Positions 1-6,572 of a stretch of 15,331 bases of DNA are shown in pieces; within the stretch, counting starts at the first letter, position 1; the number at the start of each line of letters is the position of its first letter. The DNA comes from a virus (lineage: Duplodnaviria; Heunggongvirae; Uroviricota; Caudoviricetes). Position numbers and translations under genes: made by a program. The notes beneath the pieces were generated by a model. It made no database searches. It had not been told where the DNA came from and was given only the letters and a program-made list of their open reading frames with translations. The DNA is taken from positions 1-15,331 of IMG/VR virus record IMGVR_UViG_2617270976_000002, one strand, 5' to 3'.

Positions 1-46
1 AGCAGAATAATAATGGTGCGTAATTAATTCTGCAATCTCATCCGTT

Positions 47-1096
47 TCAAACGATTAAATCCTGAACTTCCCTGACTGTCTGCTCAAAACGTCCGGTCTC
101 CAGTTCAACGCCAATCGCACGACGCCCGAGCGCCAGTGCCGCTTTTACCGTTGAACCTGAGCCCATAAAAAAATCTGCAACCAGGTCACCCGGACGACTG
201 CTTGCGCTGATTATCTGCTGCAGCATTTCTGCCGGTTTTTCGCACGGATGTTTCCCGGGATAGAACTGCACCGGTTTATGTGTCCACACATCCGTGTACG
301 GCACCTGCGCCGTCACACCAAAATACCGCCGCAGATGCTTATATTCACTCTGCAGCTCCACATACTGCCGGTTCAGTGACGTATACGTATCCACCAGCTG
401 GTGGTGGGGCTTTTCCAGTTCACCGCGCTGATGTTTCTCTTCTGCCACCCGGGCAAACAGCGACTGTAATTTCAGATAATCGCTTTCGTTCGGTAGCTGC
501 CACTGACTGGCACTGAACCAGTGCGACACCATGTTTTTCTTTCCTGTGGCATCTGCAATCTGTTTTGCCGTTATCCCCAGGGCCGCGCGCGCATCACGAA
601 AGTAAGAAATCAGCGGGGCCATCACATGCTGTTTCAGTGCCCTGCCCTTCGCCTCATACCCGGCATCTTTCGGGCGATACGGCCCCTGATAATGTTCCGC
701 GAACAGAATGCGCTCTGTGGCGGGGAAATATGCCCTCAGGCTTTCCTTGTTGCACCCGTTCCAGCGTCCGGACGGCTTCGCCCAGATAATATGGTTCAGC
801 ACACTGAAGCGTTCACGCATCATGATTTCAATGTCAGACGCCAGGCGATGGCCACAGAACAGGTAAAGACTTCCGGCAGGTTTCAGCACCCGCCAGAACT
901 GCGCCAGACACTGGTCCAGCCACTTCAGGTAATCATCGTCGCCCTTCCACTGGTTATCCCAGCCCTCAGGCTTCACTTTAAAGTACGGCGGGTCCGTGAC
1001 TATCAGGTCAACAGAATTTTCGGGTAACGACCGGATAAATTCCAGGCAGTCAGCGTTGATCAACTCACAACTGGATATTTTTACAGTGTTAAACAT
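47..1096 (-). CDS. DNA N6-adenine methyltransferase (beta-class amino-MTase)
   Basis: 349-aa ORF. Catalytic motif DPPY (…DLIVTDPPYFK…) lies near the N-terminus and the AdoMet-binding motif FxGxG (…DFFMGSGSTVKAA…) near the C-terminus, which is the beta-class order. DPPY rather than SPPY/F favours N6-adenine specificity (family knowledge). Confidence 0.85.
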   Translation of the reverse strand: MFNTVKISSCELINADCLEFIRSLPENSVDLIVTDPPYFKVKPEGWDNQWKGDDDYLKWLDQCLAQFWRVLKPAGSLYLFCGHRLASDIEIMMRERFSVLNHIIWAKPSGRWNGCNKESLRAYFPATERILFAEHYQGPYRPKDAGYEAKGRALKQHVMAPLISYFRDARAALGITAKQIADATGKKNMVSHWFSASQWQLPNESDYLKLQSLFARVAEEKHQRGELEKPHHQLVDTYTSLNRQYVELQSEYKHLRRYFGVTAQVPYTDVWTHKPVQFYPGKHPCEKPAEMLQQIISASSRPGDLVADFFMGSGSTVKAALALGRRAIGVELETGRFEQTVREVQDLIV

Positions 1097-1232
1097 GGAT
1101 CATTAAGCCTGTCTCTGATAGGCTCATTCTGCTTTTGCGCAAAGCAGATGGGCCTGAGGTTTGCTTGTGATCCGGACGCATGAGCAGATGGCTGGTGAGT
1201 GCCCCTAACACCCACCAGCCGCCCATTTACCA

Positions 1233-1261
1233 CAAATAAAAAAGCCTTCAGGACTGAAGGC
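1233..1261 (-). terminator. Rho-independent terminator downstream of the small winged-helix gene
   Basis: Minus strand reads GCCTTCA-GTCC-TGAAGGC followed by TTTTTTATTTG: 7-bp GC-rich stem, 4-nt loop, U-tract. It overlaps the last codons of the 1248..1445 CDS. Confidence 0.6.
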
Positions 1262-1445
1262 GTCTGTAACAACCGAACTGATAGTCTGCCAGACCCGCCA
1301 TAACCAGCTGGGTCAGTATTAACTGGCAGCGTTCGCGTGAAAGGTAAGTATTCTGCGCAATCTCCCTGACTGTCGCCGGGTCGGTAACGCTTAATTCATT
1401 AAACACCACTCTGGCGGTTTCTGTCATATCCTGCTGTTTTAGCAT
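1248..1445 (-). CDS. small winged-helix-like protein (about 66 aa), FaeA/PapI-like by composition
   Basis: ORF track gives 1248..1580, but its first 45 codons run across the terminator hairpin at 1569-1596. The internal ATG at 1443-1445 (MLKQQDMTETARVVF…) follows a purine-rich RBS-like stretch. Family resemblance is weak and from memory. Confidence 0.5.
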   Translation of the reverse strand: MLKQQDMTETARVVFNELSVTDPATVREIAQNTYLSRERCQLILTQLVMAGLADYQFGCYRRLQS

Positions 1446-1568
1446 GTCTTTTTCCCTTTTCCGGTTAACGTGACATACCAATAACTCTTGTCGAAAAAGC
1501 CAGCAAGCTGAAAGACCCGTATTCGCAACCACCAGCGCGTTTACTGTACTGACGCGATTTTCGGACAT

Positions 1569-1596
1569 AAAAAAAACCACCTGGCGGTGGTTTTTT
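1569..1596 (-). terminator. strong intrinsic terminator (bidirectional architecture), candidate tR'-like
   Basis: Plus strand AAAAAAAA-CCACC-TGGC-GGTGG-TTTTTT; on the minus strand the stem is followed by eight U. Sits about 60 nt downstream of the 231-aa ORF stop. Confidence 0.7.
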
Positions 1597-1599
1597 CTT

Positions 1600-1672
1600 A
1601 CTTTGCCATCACGTACAAAATCGGCAAAATATCAGATTTATACGAAACATACGCGATTTAATTGACTTTTGC
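1600..1672 (-). promoter_or_regulatory. candidate late-type promoter between the Q-like gene and the terminator
   Basis: Minus strand carries TTGCAA, 17 nt, TATGTT, and a separate TATAAA, all within about 70 nt upstream of the terminator. Hexamer matching only; position relative to a Q-like gene is the main support. Confidence 0.25.
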
Positions 1673-2353
1673 AATATCTCGTCGTGAAAAGGTCGCTTTT
1701 TGTTGCGCTCTTATTTTCACGGAGCAAATCAAGGATTCTCTATCGAGGCGCTTAAAAATATCGCACATCTCACGCCAGTAGTTCGCATAATTATGGCTCC
1801 AGTTATCAGGCTTAACTCCACACAGTCTGGCAAGCTCCTGTCTCTGGTAGACCTCACACCCGGTAACCCATCCTCTGACATCCTGTGCCGCCAGCCAGAT
1901 CAACTTCTTCACACGCTCCAGCGTTTTCACTGCAATTTTTCTGGAGCCGGACTGAGTTTTAAATTCACTCCACACCCACTGCGTTATCGCGATCTGATGC
2001 TCCCAGCAAATGTTTCCGCCATAACACCACAACAACCACGCCTTCTGATGTTCTTCCAGTTCCAGAACGGCACGCCGCCACGATGATGTTGCAAACTCAA
2101 CAGGACTGACCAGCGCAATTGATGAGCCTTTCGCCAGTGATTGTTTACCCTGGATCGGGGGATTATCCCGCGTGATCATTTTTCCGGTTACCTCATCGCG
2201 GTAACGAATTTTTTTGCGTCTGTAACGCCCTGTATCGAACAGGGCATTTTCCTGCCAGGCTTCCAGCTGGCATTTTGTCGACCCACTGAGATCTGCAGTG
2301 GCAATCATGAGTTGCTCACGAACAAACTGTAAATACTGGTTATTCATGCACAC
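1658..2353 (-). CDS. putative late-gene antiterminator Q-like protein (function uncertain)
   Basis: 231-aa ORF with GTG start. It lies directly downstream of the rusA-like gene, where Q sits in phage 82-type lambdoid phages, and is followed by a promoter-like stretch and a strong terminator. It has no lambda-Q zinc-finger motif, so the function is inferred from synteny only. Confidence 0.4.
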   Translation of the reverse strand: MCMNNQYLQFVREQLMIATADLSGSTKCQLEAWQENALFDTGRYRRKKIRYRDEVTGKMITRDNPPIQGKQSLAKGSSIALVSPVEFATSSWRRAVLELEEHQKAWLLWCYGGNICWEHQIAITQWVWSEFKTQSGSRKIAVKTLERVKKLIWLAAQDVRGWVTGCEVYQRQELARLCGVKPDNWSHNYANYWREMCDIFKRLDRESLICSVKIRAQQKATFSRRDIAKVN

Positions 2354-2621
2354 CCACCTCTGTAATTCTTATCTCCAGCCGTCCACCAGATACTGGCTGG
2401 CCACGTACAATATTGATTTCATCAAACTGCTCATCGTCCATTAACAACCCCGCGTGCGTCAGCGCATCCAGTGGTGCTTTCAGAATATTGTCCAGGTCAC
2501 GACGACGCTTATCCGGTGGCTCTGCAATAATTTTTATTGCCAGCCGTCCGGACAGGCTTAATTTCAGTCGCTGCTGGCGAACAATAAGCGCCACTGAGGG
2601 CTTTCCTAAACTCATATCCAC
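2340..2621 (-). CDS. rusA: RusA-family Holliday-junction resolvase, N-terminally short
   Basis: …AIKIIAEPPDKRRRDLDNILKAPLDALTHAGLLMDDEQFDEINIV…GGRLEIRITE matches the conserved core of E. coli RusA (…[40 protein letters not shown]…GGRLELTITE, recalled). The frame is closed by TGA just upstream of the GTG start, so roughly 30 residues of the usual N-terminus are not encoded. Confidence 0.7.
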   Translation of the reverse strand: MDMSLGKPSVALIVRQQRLKLSLSGRLAIKIIAEPPDKRRRDLDNILKAPLDALTHAGLLMDDEQFDEINIVRGQPVSGGRLEIRITEVGVHE

Positions 2622-2781
2622 GTCTGCGGTAGTTATGAATCAGCCATTCGGCCTGTTCTTCAGTACAGGGATCGTGCTGATACCAGTCATATTTGAATGC
2701 GTGAGAACGCCACCCGTGCCTGCTGGCAAAGGCAGAATCAGAATTGCGAAATTTGAAATTATGCGCCATTGTCATCTCCAA
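2509..2781 (-). CDS. hypothetical protein (90 aa) overlapping the rusA-like start in another frame
   Basis: TTG-start ORF whose 3' 110 nt overlap the rusA-like ORF out of frame. Its N-terminal half (MAHNFKFRNSDSAFASRHGWRSHAFKYDWYQHDPCTEEQAEWLIH) does not resemble a RusA N-terminus. Could be a real small gene or a frameshift remnant. Confidence 0.3.
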   Translation of the reverse strand: MEMTMAHNFKFRNSDSAFASRHGWRSHAFKYDWYQHDPCTEEQAEWLIHNYRRRGYEFRKALSGAYCSPAATEIKPVRTAGNKNYCRATG

Positions 2782-2828
2782 TGGCGCTGCAGGTTGCCAG
2801 TTGTTCAGGCTGGCTCACGTATTATAAC

Positions 2829-3002
2829 TTATTCCCGAACTACCTTGAAACCGAGTCTTTCCAAGTATTCAATGAATGCCTCAACAGATAACACTACATG
2901 ATCATCAGGAATTAACGCTGTGTAGGTAATACCCCCATTCTCAACGCGCACAGCATAGAGGCCATCTTCACTAAAAATTTCACGTAATTCTTCGATTTTC
3001 AT
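2829..3002 (-). CDS. small hypothetical protein (57 aa)
   Basis: Hand-translated, below the ORF-track length cutoff: MKIEELREIFSEDGLYAVRVENGGITYTALIPDDHVVLSVEAFIEYLERLGFKVVRE. A GGAAGGA RBS sits about 8 nt upstream of the ATG at 3000-3002. Confidence 0.45.
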   Translation of the reverse strand: MKIEELREIFSEDGLYAVRVENGGITYTALIPDDHVVLSVEAFIEYLERLGFKVVRE

Positions 3003-3124
3003 CTTCAGAATCCTTCCAGATAAATAGCTCTTCCCCTTCGGGGTCCATCCCTCTTCTCCCTGCGCGCTACTTAAGTATTTTTGATTCTATTCCGGCACCA
3101 TCTAAAACTTCAAACGCGTTGAAA

Positions 3125-3155
3125 ATAAAAACAAAAACCCGCCGAAGCGGGTTAA
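3125..3155 (-). terminator. intrinsic terminator downstream of hok
   Basis: Minus strand CCCGC-TTCG-GCGGG followed by TTTTTGTTTTTATTTT: 5-bp GC stem with a UUCG tetraloop and a U-tract. Confidence 0.6.
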
Positions 3156-3221
3156 GTGCGGGTGCGTTGAGGATGCCTGACACATCAGAGGTGGCGAGGG
3201 ATTTCTCCCCCGCCCGGTCTC

Positions 3222-3377
3222 TTACTCCTCAGGTTCGTAAGCTGTGAAGACAGCGACCTCCGTCTGGCCGGTTCGGATTCGTACCTCGCAGAGGTCTTTC
3301 CTCGTTACCAGTGCCGTCACTATGACGGTTAAACAGATGACGATCAGGGCGATTAGCATCGCCTTTTGCTGCTTCAT
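3222..3377 (-). CDS. hok: Hok/Gef-family membrane toxin (HokD/RelF-like, 51 aa)
   Basis: MKQQKAMLIALIVICLTVIVTALVTRKDLCEVRIRTGQTEVAVFTAYEPEE has the Hok signature: single transmembrane helix, then conserved RK.LCE..IR…EVA.F.AYE. Matches my recollection of E. coli HokD/RelF. An AAGGAG SD sits 9 nt upstream of this ATG. Confidence 0.85.
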   Translation of the reverse strand: MKQQKAMLIALIVICLTVIVTALVTRKDLCEVRIRTGQTEVAVFTAYEPEE

Positions 3378-3434
3378 AGCCTGCTTCTCCTTGCCTTTCG
3401 GCACGTAAGAGGCTAACCTACGTGTGTAGAGCAT
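3222..3434 (-). CDS. mok: Mok-like in-frame upstream extension of hok (70 aa)
   Basis: Upstream ATG at 3432-3434 opens MLYTRRLASYVPKGKEKQA in frame with hok. This resembles the N-terminus of MokC (MLNTCRVPLTDRKVKEKRA…, recalled), the reading frame that modulates Hok translation. Confidence 0.5.
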   Translation of the reverse strand: MLYTRRLASYVPKGKEKQAMKQQKAMLIALIVICLTVIVTALVTRKDLCEVRIRTGQTEVAVFTAYEPEE

Positions 3435-3668
3435 AGATATGGCCTCAGATTAATGTTAAGCGTCTTGCCGGACGCGTAATGTTAACTGGGGCTTTTCTCT
3501 ATCTGCCTTTTGGTGTTCATGCCTGAGACAGATAGCCTCAAGCACCCGCTGCAATTCTACTTAACTCTCCTTTTCCCGCAAACCGTTTTTATCCCCAGCG
3601 GCAAATCGAATACACCACCAGCGCCACCGCCATCGCAATTCCTACCGTTGTTAATGCTTCAGGCCAGG

Positions 3669-3974
3669 TCATCGTAAAATATCCTCCACGCTTATCAGTC
3701 CGTTCCGCTCCAGATAACTCATCGCCTTATCCGGTAATTTGCAGTCTGGCTTCGCTTTCCTCAGTTGCCAGGTTAACTGCTTTACCAGCATGGTTAACTC
3801 ATCGACCAGACGCTGATATCCCACTGGTTTGTATTCATGCAATTTACCGGCTGGCTCTGCTGCCAGCGATGCCAGCGCAATCCGTGCCAGTTCCATTTGT
3901 TCACCACGGGTAAGCCCGTTTTCAAGCGGGTTTTTAATGAACAATTCAATACGTTCTTTGGTAATAGTGGTCAT
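3669..3974 (-). CDS. hypothetical protein (101 aa)
   Basis: Six-frame ORF with ATG start, same orientation as neighbours and tightly packed; no recognisable motif. Confidence 0.6.
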   Translation of the reverse strand: MTTITKERIELFIKNPLENGLTRGEQMELARIALASLAAEPAGKLHEYKPVGYQRLVDELTMLVKQLTWQLRKAKPDCKLPDKAMSYLERNGLISVEDILR

Positions 3975-3984
3975 GTGTTACTCC

Positions 3985-4248
3985 TTAACCCGCAGTGCTT
4001 TCAACTGATGAGGGGAACAAAATCTTTTCATCAAACCCTGCATTCATATCATGGACAGCAACACACCAATCCATTGACGAACGATTATCAAGAGCCTCCA
4101 TGATTTCATCCATGCGGCGCAGGTCATACAGGTAAATGCTTTTATCGCCAATGGTGTAAAAACCAATTTTTTTCGGTGATGGACAGCGATCAAGAACGTC
4201 CTGTAATTCGCTCAACCATGCTTGTTCTTTTTTTGTCAAAGTTGCCAT
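3985..4248 (-). CDS. hypothetical protein (87 aa)
   Basis: ORF with ATG start preceded by AAGGAGAG. Its 5' junction sequence is duplicated at the next gene upstream. Confidence 0.6.
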   Translation of the reverse strand: MATLTKKEQAWLSELQDVLDRCPSPKKIGFYTIGDKSIYLYDLRRMDEIMEALDNRSSMDWCVAVHDMNAGFDEKILFPSSVESTAG

Positions 4249-4249
4249 A

Positions 4250-4741
4250 TCACTCTCCTTTGATGCGAATGCCAGTGGTACTCATTCTCCTGATTTCCCA
4301 GAGCACACGAGGAACACCACCGTTTCCGACCGGATCGCGTTTACTCCGCAGGGCGACGCTTGATTCCGCCCAGCTTTTTCTTGGAGGAAGCTCTTTCACA
4401 CGAACAAAACCAGCTGCGCGGAGAGATGCTCCTGATTCATCTGCCTGGGTGTACGTAATACAACGTTGATAACCCATAGCCTTTGCTGCCCGCCAGACAG
4501 CACCATAAAGCGCGCTGTTAGCGTTGCGTTCTCCTGTGGTACATGTGCGATTTACTTCAAGCGTTAATCCATCGTCCAAATGTCGTGCAACAGGTCTACC
4601 GGCTGTCGCCACACCTATCAATTCTCCGGCATCATTTCTCAGACCAATGCTGAATTTATGCCCCACCGGGGGTTTATTGTGTCGGTGATGTCTGGATATA
4701 AACGCCTTCGCAACACGAAGAGTAACCGGTGAAATTTGCAT
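4250..4741 (-). CDS. hypothetical protein (about 163 aa), possibly acetyltransferase-like
   Basis: ORF track gives 4250..4780. The ATG at 4739-4741 (MQISPVTLRVAKAF…) has a strong AAGGAGAG RBS and sits 2 nt after the upstream stop, so I prefer it. C-terminal half (…NANSALYGAVWRAAKAMGYQRCITYTQADESGASLRAAGF…) vaguely resembles a GNAT-type motif. Confidence 0.55.
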   Translation of the reverse strand: MQISPVTLRVAKAFISRHHRHNKPPVGHKFSIGLRNDAGELIGVATAGRPVARHLDDGLTLEVNRTCTTGERNANSALYGAVWRAAKAMGYQRCITYTQADESGASLRAAGFVRVKELPPRKSWAESSVALRSKRDPVGNGGVPRVLWEIRRMSTTGIRIKGE

Positions 4742-4743
4742 TC

Positions 4744-5103
4744 TCACTCTCCTTTGATGCCAATGTTTACAGACTGGCAAGCCTCTTTGAGCACCCAGTC
4801 AACAGCGTCTTTCCATGCTCCGGTTTCGACTGGCGGATTCTCACGCTTTACCTGTTCATAAAAGCGCACAGCTTTAACCAGTCCTTCTGATGTCACCGAA
4901 GCTGGCGGGGCCGTGAATAACGCCTGAATTTCATAGTTTGGTCTGTCGTTACAATCCTCTTTTGTCGGGACATATTTCCAGTCACCAACCCACTGCTTCC
5001 CCTGAAAGTCTGTAACGCCTTTTTTCACGTAGCGATATCGCCATGCCACTGGTTTTGCCTGCCCTGCCTTTTCATGCCCTTCCTGATAATTAATCTCGCT
5101 CAT
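4744..5103 (-). CDS. hypothetical protein (119 aa)
   Basis: ORF with ATG start. Ends …NIGIKGE*, the same C-terminal pentapeptide and stop context as the 4250..4741 gene. Confidence 0.6.
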   Translation of the reverse strand: MSEINYQEGHEKAGQAKPVAWRYRYVKKGVTDFQGKQWVGDWKYVPTKEDCNDRPNYEIQALFTAPPASVTSEGLVKAVRFYEQVKRENPPVETGAWKDAVDWVLKEACQSVNIGIKGE

Positions 5104-5104
5104 T

Positions 5105-5276
5105 CATCGCCCCACTCATCACAATATGCTTCGACCGGTGTTTTCCCTGCTTCATAATCATCACGCCATGCTTCAGCATCAGCGGCACTTCCACCGCGTA
5201 ACTCTGCATAATCCATTAACAGTTCATGCCATTCTTCAAAACTGGCGTTATATTTAGTTGAACCAAAATCAGCCAT
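5105..5276 (-). CDS. small acidic protein (57 aa)
   Basis: Hand-translated, below the ORF-track cutoff: MADFGSTKYNASFEEWHELLMDYAELRGGSAADAEAWRDDYEAGKTPVEAYCDEWGDE. Start overlaps the upstream gene's stop by 8 nt; stop abuts the next start. Confidence 0.45.
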
Positions 5277-5451
5277 TTTGTTCTTCCTCTTCGTCTTTTA
5301 TTTCGTGGTATGAGTAATTGCAGTAGTTAAAGAAAATATCTTTAGCTTCATCCTGTATTTCATCTGGTGTTGCATCATCATCCACTTCGAATTCATCCTC
5401 GAAATCTCCACCGGCTATTCCCGTTTCAATAATTATTTTGAATTTTCGCAT
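5269..5451 (-). CDS. small highly acidic protein (60 aa)
   Basis: MRKFKIIIETGIAGGDFEDEFEVDDDATPDEIQDEAKDIFFNYCNYSYHEIKDEEEEQNG: about one third of residues are D or E. Confidence 0.5.
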   Translation of the reverse strand: MRKFKIIIETGIAGGDFEDEFEVDDDATPDEIQDEAKDIFFNYCNYSYHEIKDEEEEQNG

Positions 5452-5579
5452 TTCACTACCGCCCTTTCGGACGGCCTCCTGATGTTCTGAGGGTGCAGGA
5501 ATCCCTCCGGTTAAGGATTTAATAAAAATCGTTTCTGATTTAAATCTTCAGTATTTAGTTGTTAGTCGGTTTATAGCCT

Positions 5580-5891
5580 TTATGCTTCGGCCTTATTTCT
5601 CAGCCATACACAAACCGGGCCATCTTCGGTGTCATGTATTGAACCAATAAACCATCCATTGCCCTCTGGTCGTTCCGGTTCCCATGCAGAAATATCAGCA
5701 TCACACGCATCAAGGTCAGCACATCCTTCATCTCTGAAGCAGAGGACGTATTGAAGATTATTTTCCTCCATCCAGGCGTTAAACTCTTCCGTTGAAATAT
5801 ATTCCCGACCGTCACAGAATTTTTCATATTCAGGATGCGTCCAGTAGCCATATTCATCACGTACTACTGGTATTTCTTTAATTTCATTCAT
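5580..5891 (-). CDS. hypothetical protein (103 aa)
   Basis: ATG-start ORF whose start overlaps the upstream stop by 8 nt. Acidic and Trp-rich. The alternative frame 5600..5860 looks like a shadow. Confidence 0.6.
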   Translation of the reverse strand: MNEIKEIPVVRDEYGYWTHPEYEKFCDGREYISTEEFNAWMEENNLQYVLCFRDEGCADLDACDADISAWEPERPEGNGWFIGSIHDTEDGPVCVWLRNKAEA

Positions 5892-6138
5892 TTCTGTTCT
5901 CCCACGTTTTCAGACTTTCACCACAGAACGGACAAAATGAAACCCGAACTGGTAATTTAGAAAATTCACCGGAACGCAACATCACAAAATCAGGACCGCG
6001 AGTTAAACTCTCATTCCAGATTTTGTATATCAGCAGACCTTTTCGCATCGTGTATTCAGCATCACGCTCAAGGGACTTTGCCAGTGCTGCACATGGTTCT
6101 ATCTTGTTGCCATTAACCTGGCATTTTGATTCACTCAC
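5884..6138 (-). CDS. small zinc-ribbon-like protein (84 aa)
   Basis: Cys at both ends (…SKCQVNGNKIEPCAAL… and …SFCPFCGES…), i.e. CxxC-type pairs. Start overlaps the upstream stop (ATGA). Confidence 0.6.
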   Translation of the reverse strand: MSESKCQVNGNKIEPCAALAKSLERDAEYTMRKGLLIYKIWNESLTRGPDFVMLRSGEFSKLPVRVSFCPFCGESLKTWENRNE

Positions 6139-6563
6139 CGCACCACCTCCTCAAAATTCCCCTGATAAAACGCCAGTACACGCTGCATAGCTTCACTCTT
6201 CCGGCACTCGCGACAGATTATGTTTAGGCGCCTGTCGTAGCGGCGTATTTCGCCGTCTGGTAATAGCCAGATAAGGTCCGGATCAACCACAGATGGTTTC
6301 TTCAGCTTTGCCCTTGAGAGTTTTTTGCGGGCGTTTTGCCAGTCCTTGCGCGCCTGCTCAGACGGGAATACTCCGTAACCGGAATTGTAAACATCACCAC
6401 TGGCGGCCAGCTCCATGCATAAACGACCGACAGACGCATGACTGACACCAATTTCATCCGATAACTGCCGAATCGTGCCTCGTCCGTTAAGGCGTACGAA
6501 TTCCACGATCAGCCCCTTAATTTTTTCCCGCTCTTCTGGTGTAAATGCTCTTGTCATAAGCAC
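6135..6563 (-). CDS. HTH/winged-helix DNA-binding protein (142 aa)
   Basis: …GRGTIRQLSDEIGVSHASVGRLCMELAASGDV… has a helix-turn-helix pattern; basic C-terminal region. Confidence 0.6.
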   Translation of the reverse strand: MLMTRAFTPEEREKIKGLIVEFVRLNGRGTIRQLSDEIGVSHASVGRLCMELAASGDVYNSGYGVFPSEQARKDWQNARKKLSRAKLKKPSVVDPDLIWLLPDGEIRRYDRRLNIICRECRKSEAMQRVLAFYQGNFEEVVR

Positions 6564-6572
6564 CTCCGGAGA

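Noticed and set aside
280-1027. Plus-strand ORFs 280..516, 521..1027 and 565..789
   Set aside because: Antisense to the well-supported methyltransferase gene; Pro/Arg/His-rich translations typical of shadows.
1081-1272. Minus-strand ORF 1081..1272 (63 aa)
   Set aside because: Spans the terminator and the methyltransferase start region; overlaps both flanking genes and has no RBS.
1700-2332. Plus-strand ORFs 1700..2086 and 2141..2332
   Set aside because: Antisense to the 231-aa minus-strand gene, which is in operon orientation.
2413-2901. Plus-strand ORF 2413..2901 (162 aa)
   Set aside because: Antisense to the rusA-like gene and the small 2829..3002 gene; Ser/Arg-rich, no RBS noted.
3837-4469. 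Plus-strand ORFs 3837..4103 and 4176..4469
   Set aside because: Antisense to the tightly packed minus-strand cargo genes; composition not protein-like.
5600-5860. Alternative minus-strand frame 5600..5860 (86 aa)
   Set aside because: Nested in another frame of 5580..5891, which has the translationally coupled start and a more protein-like sequence.
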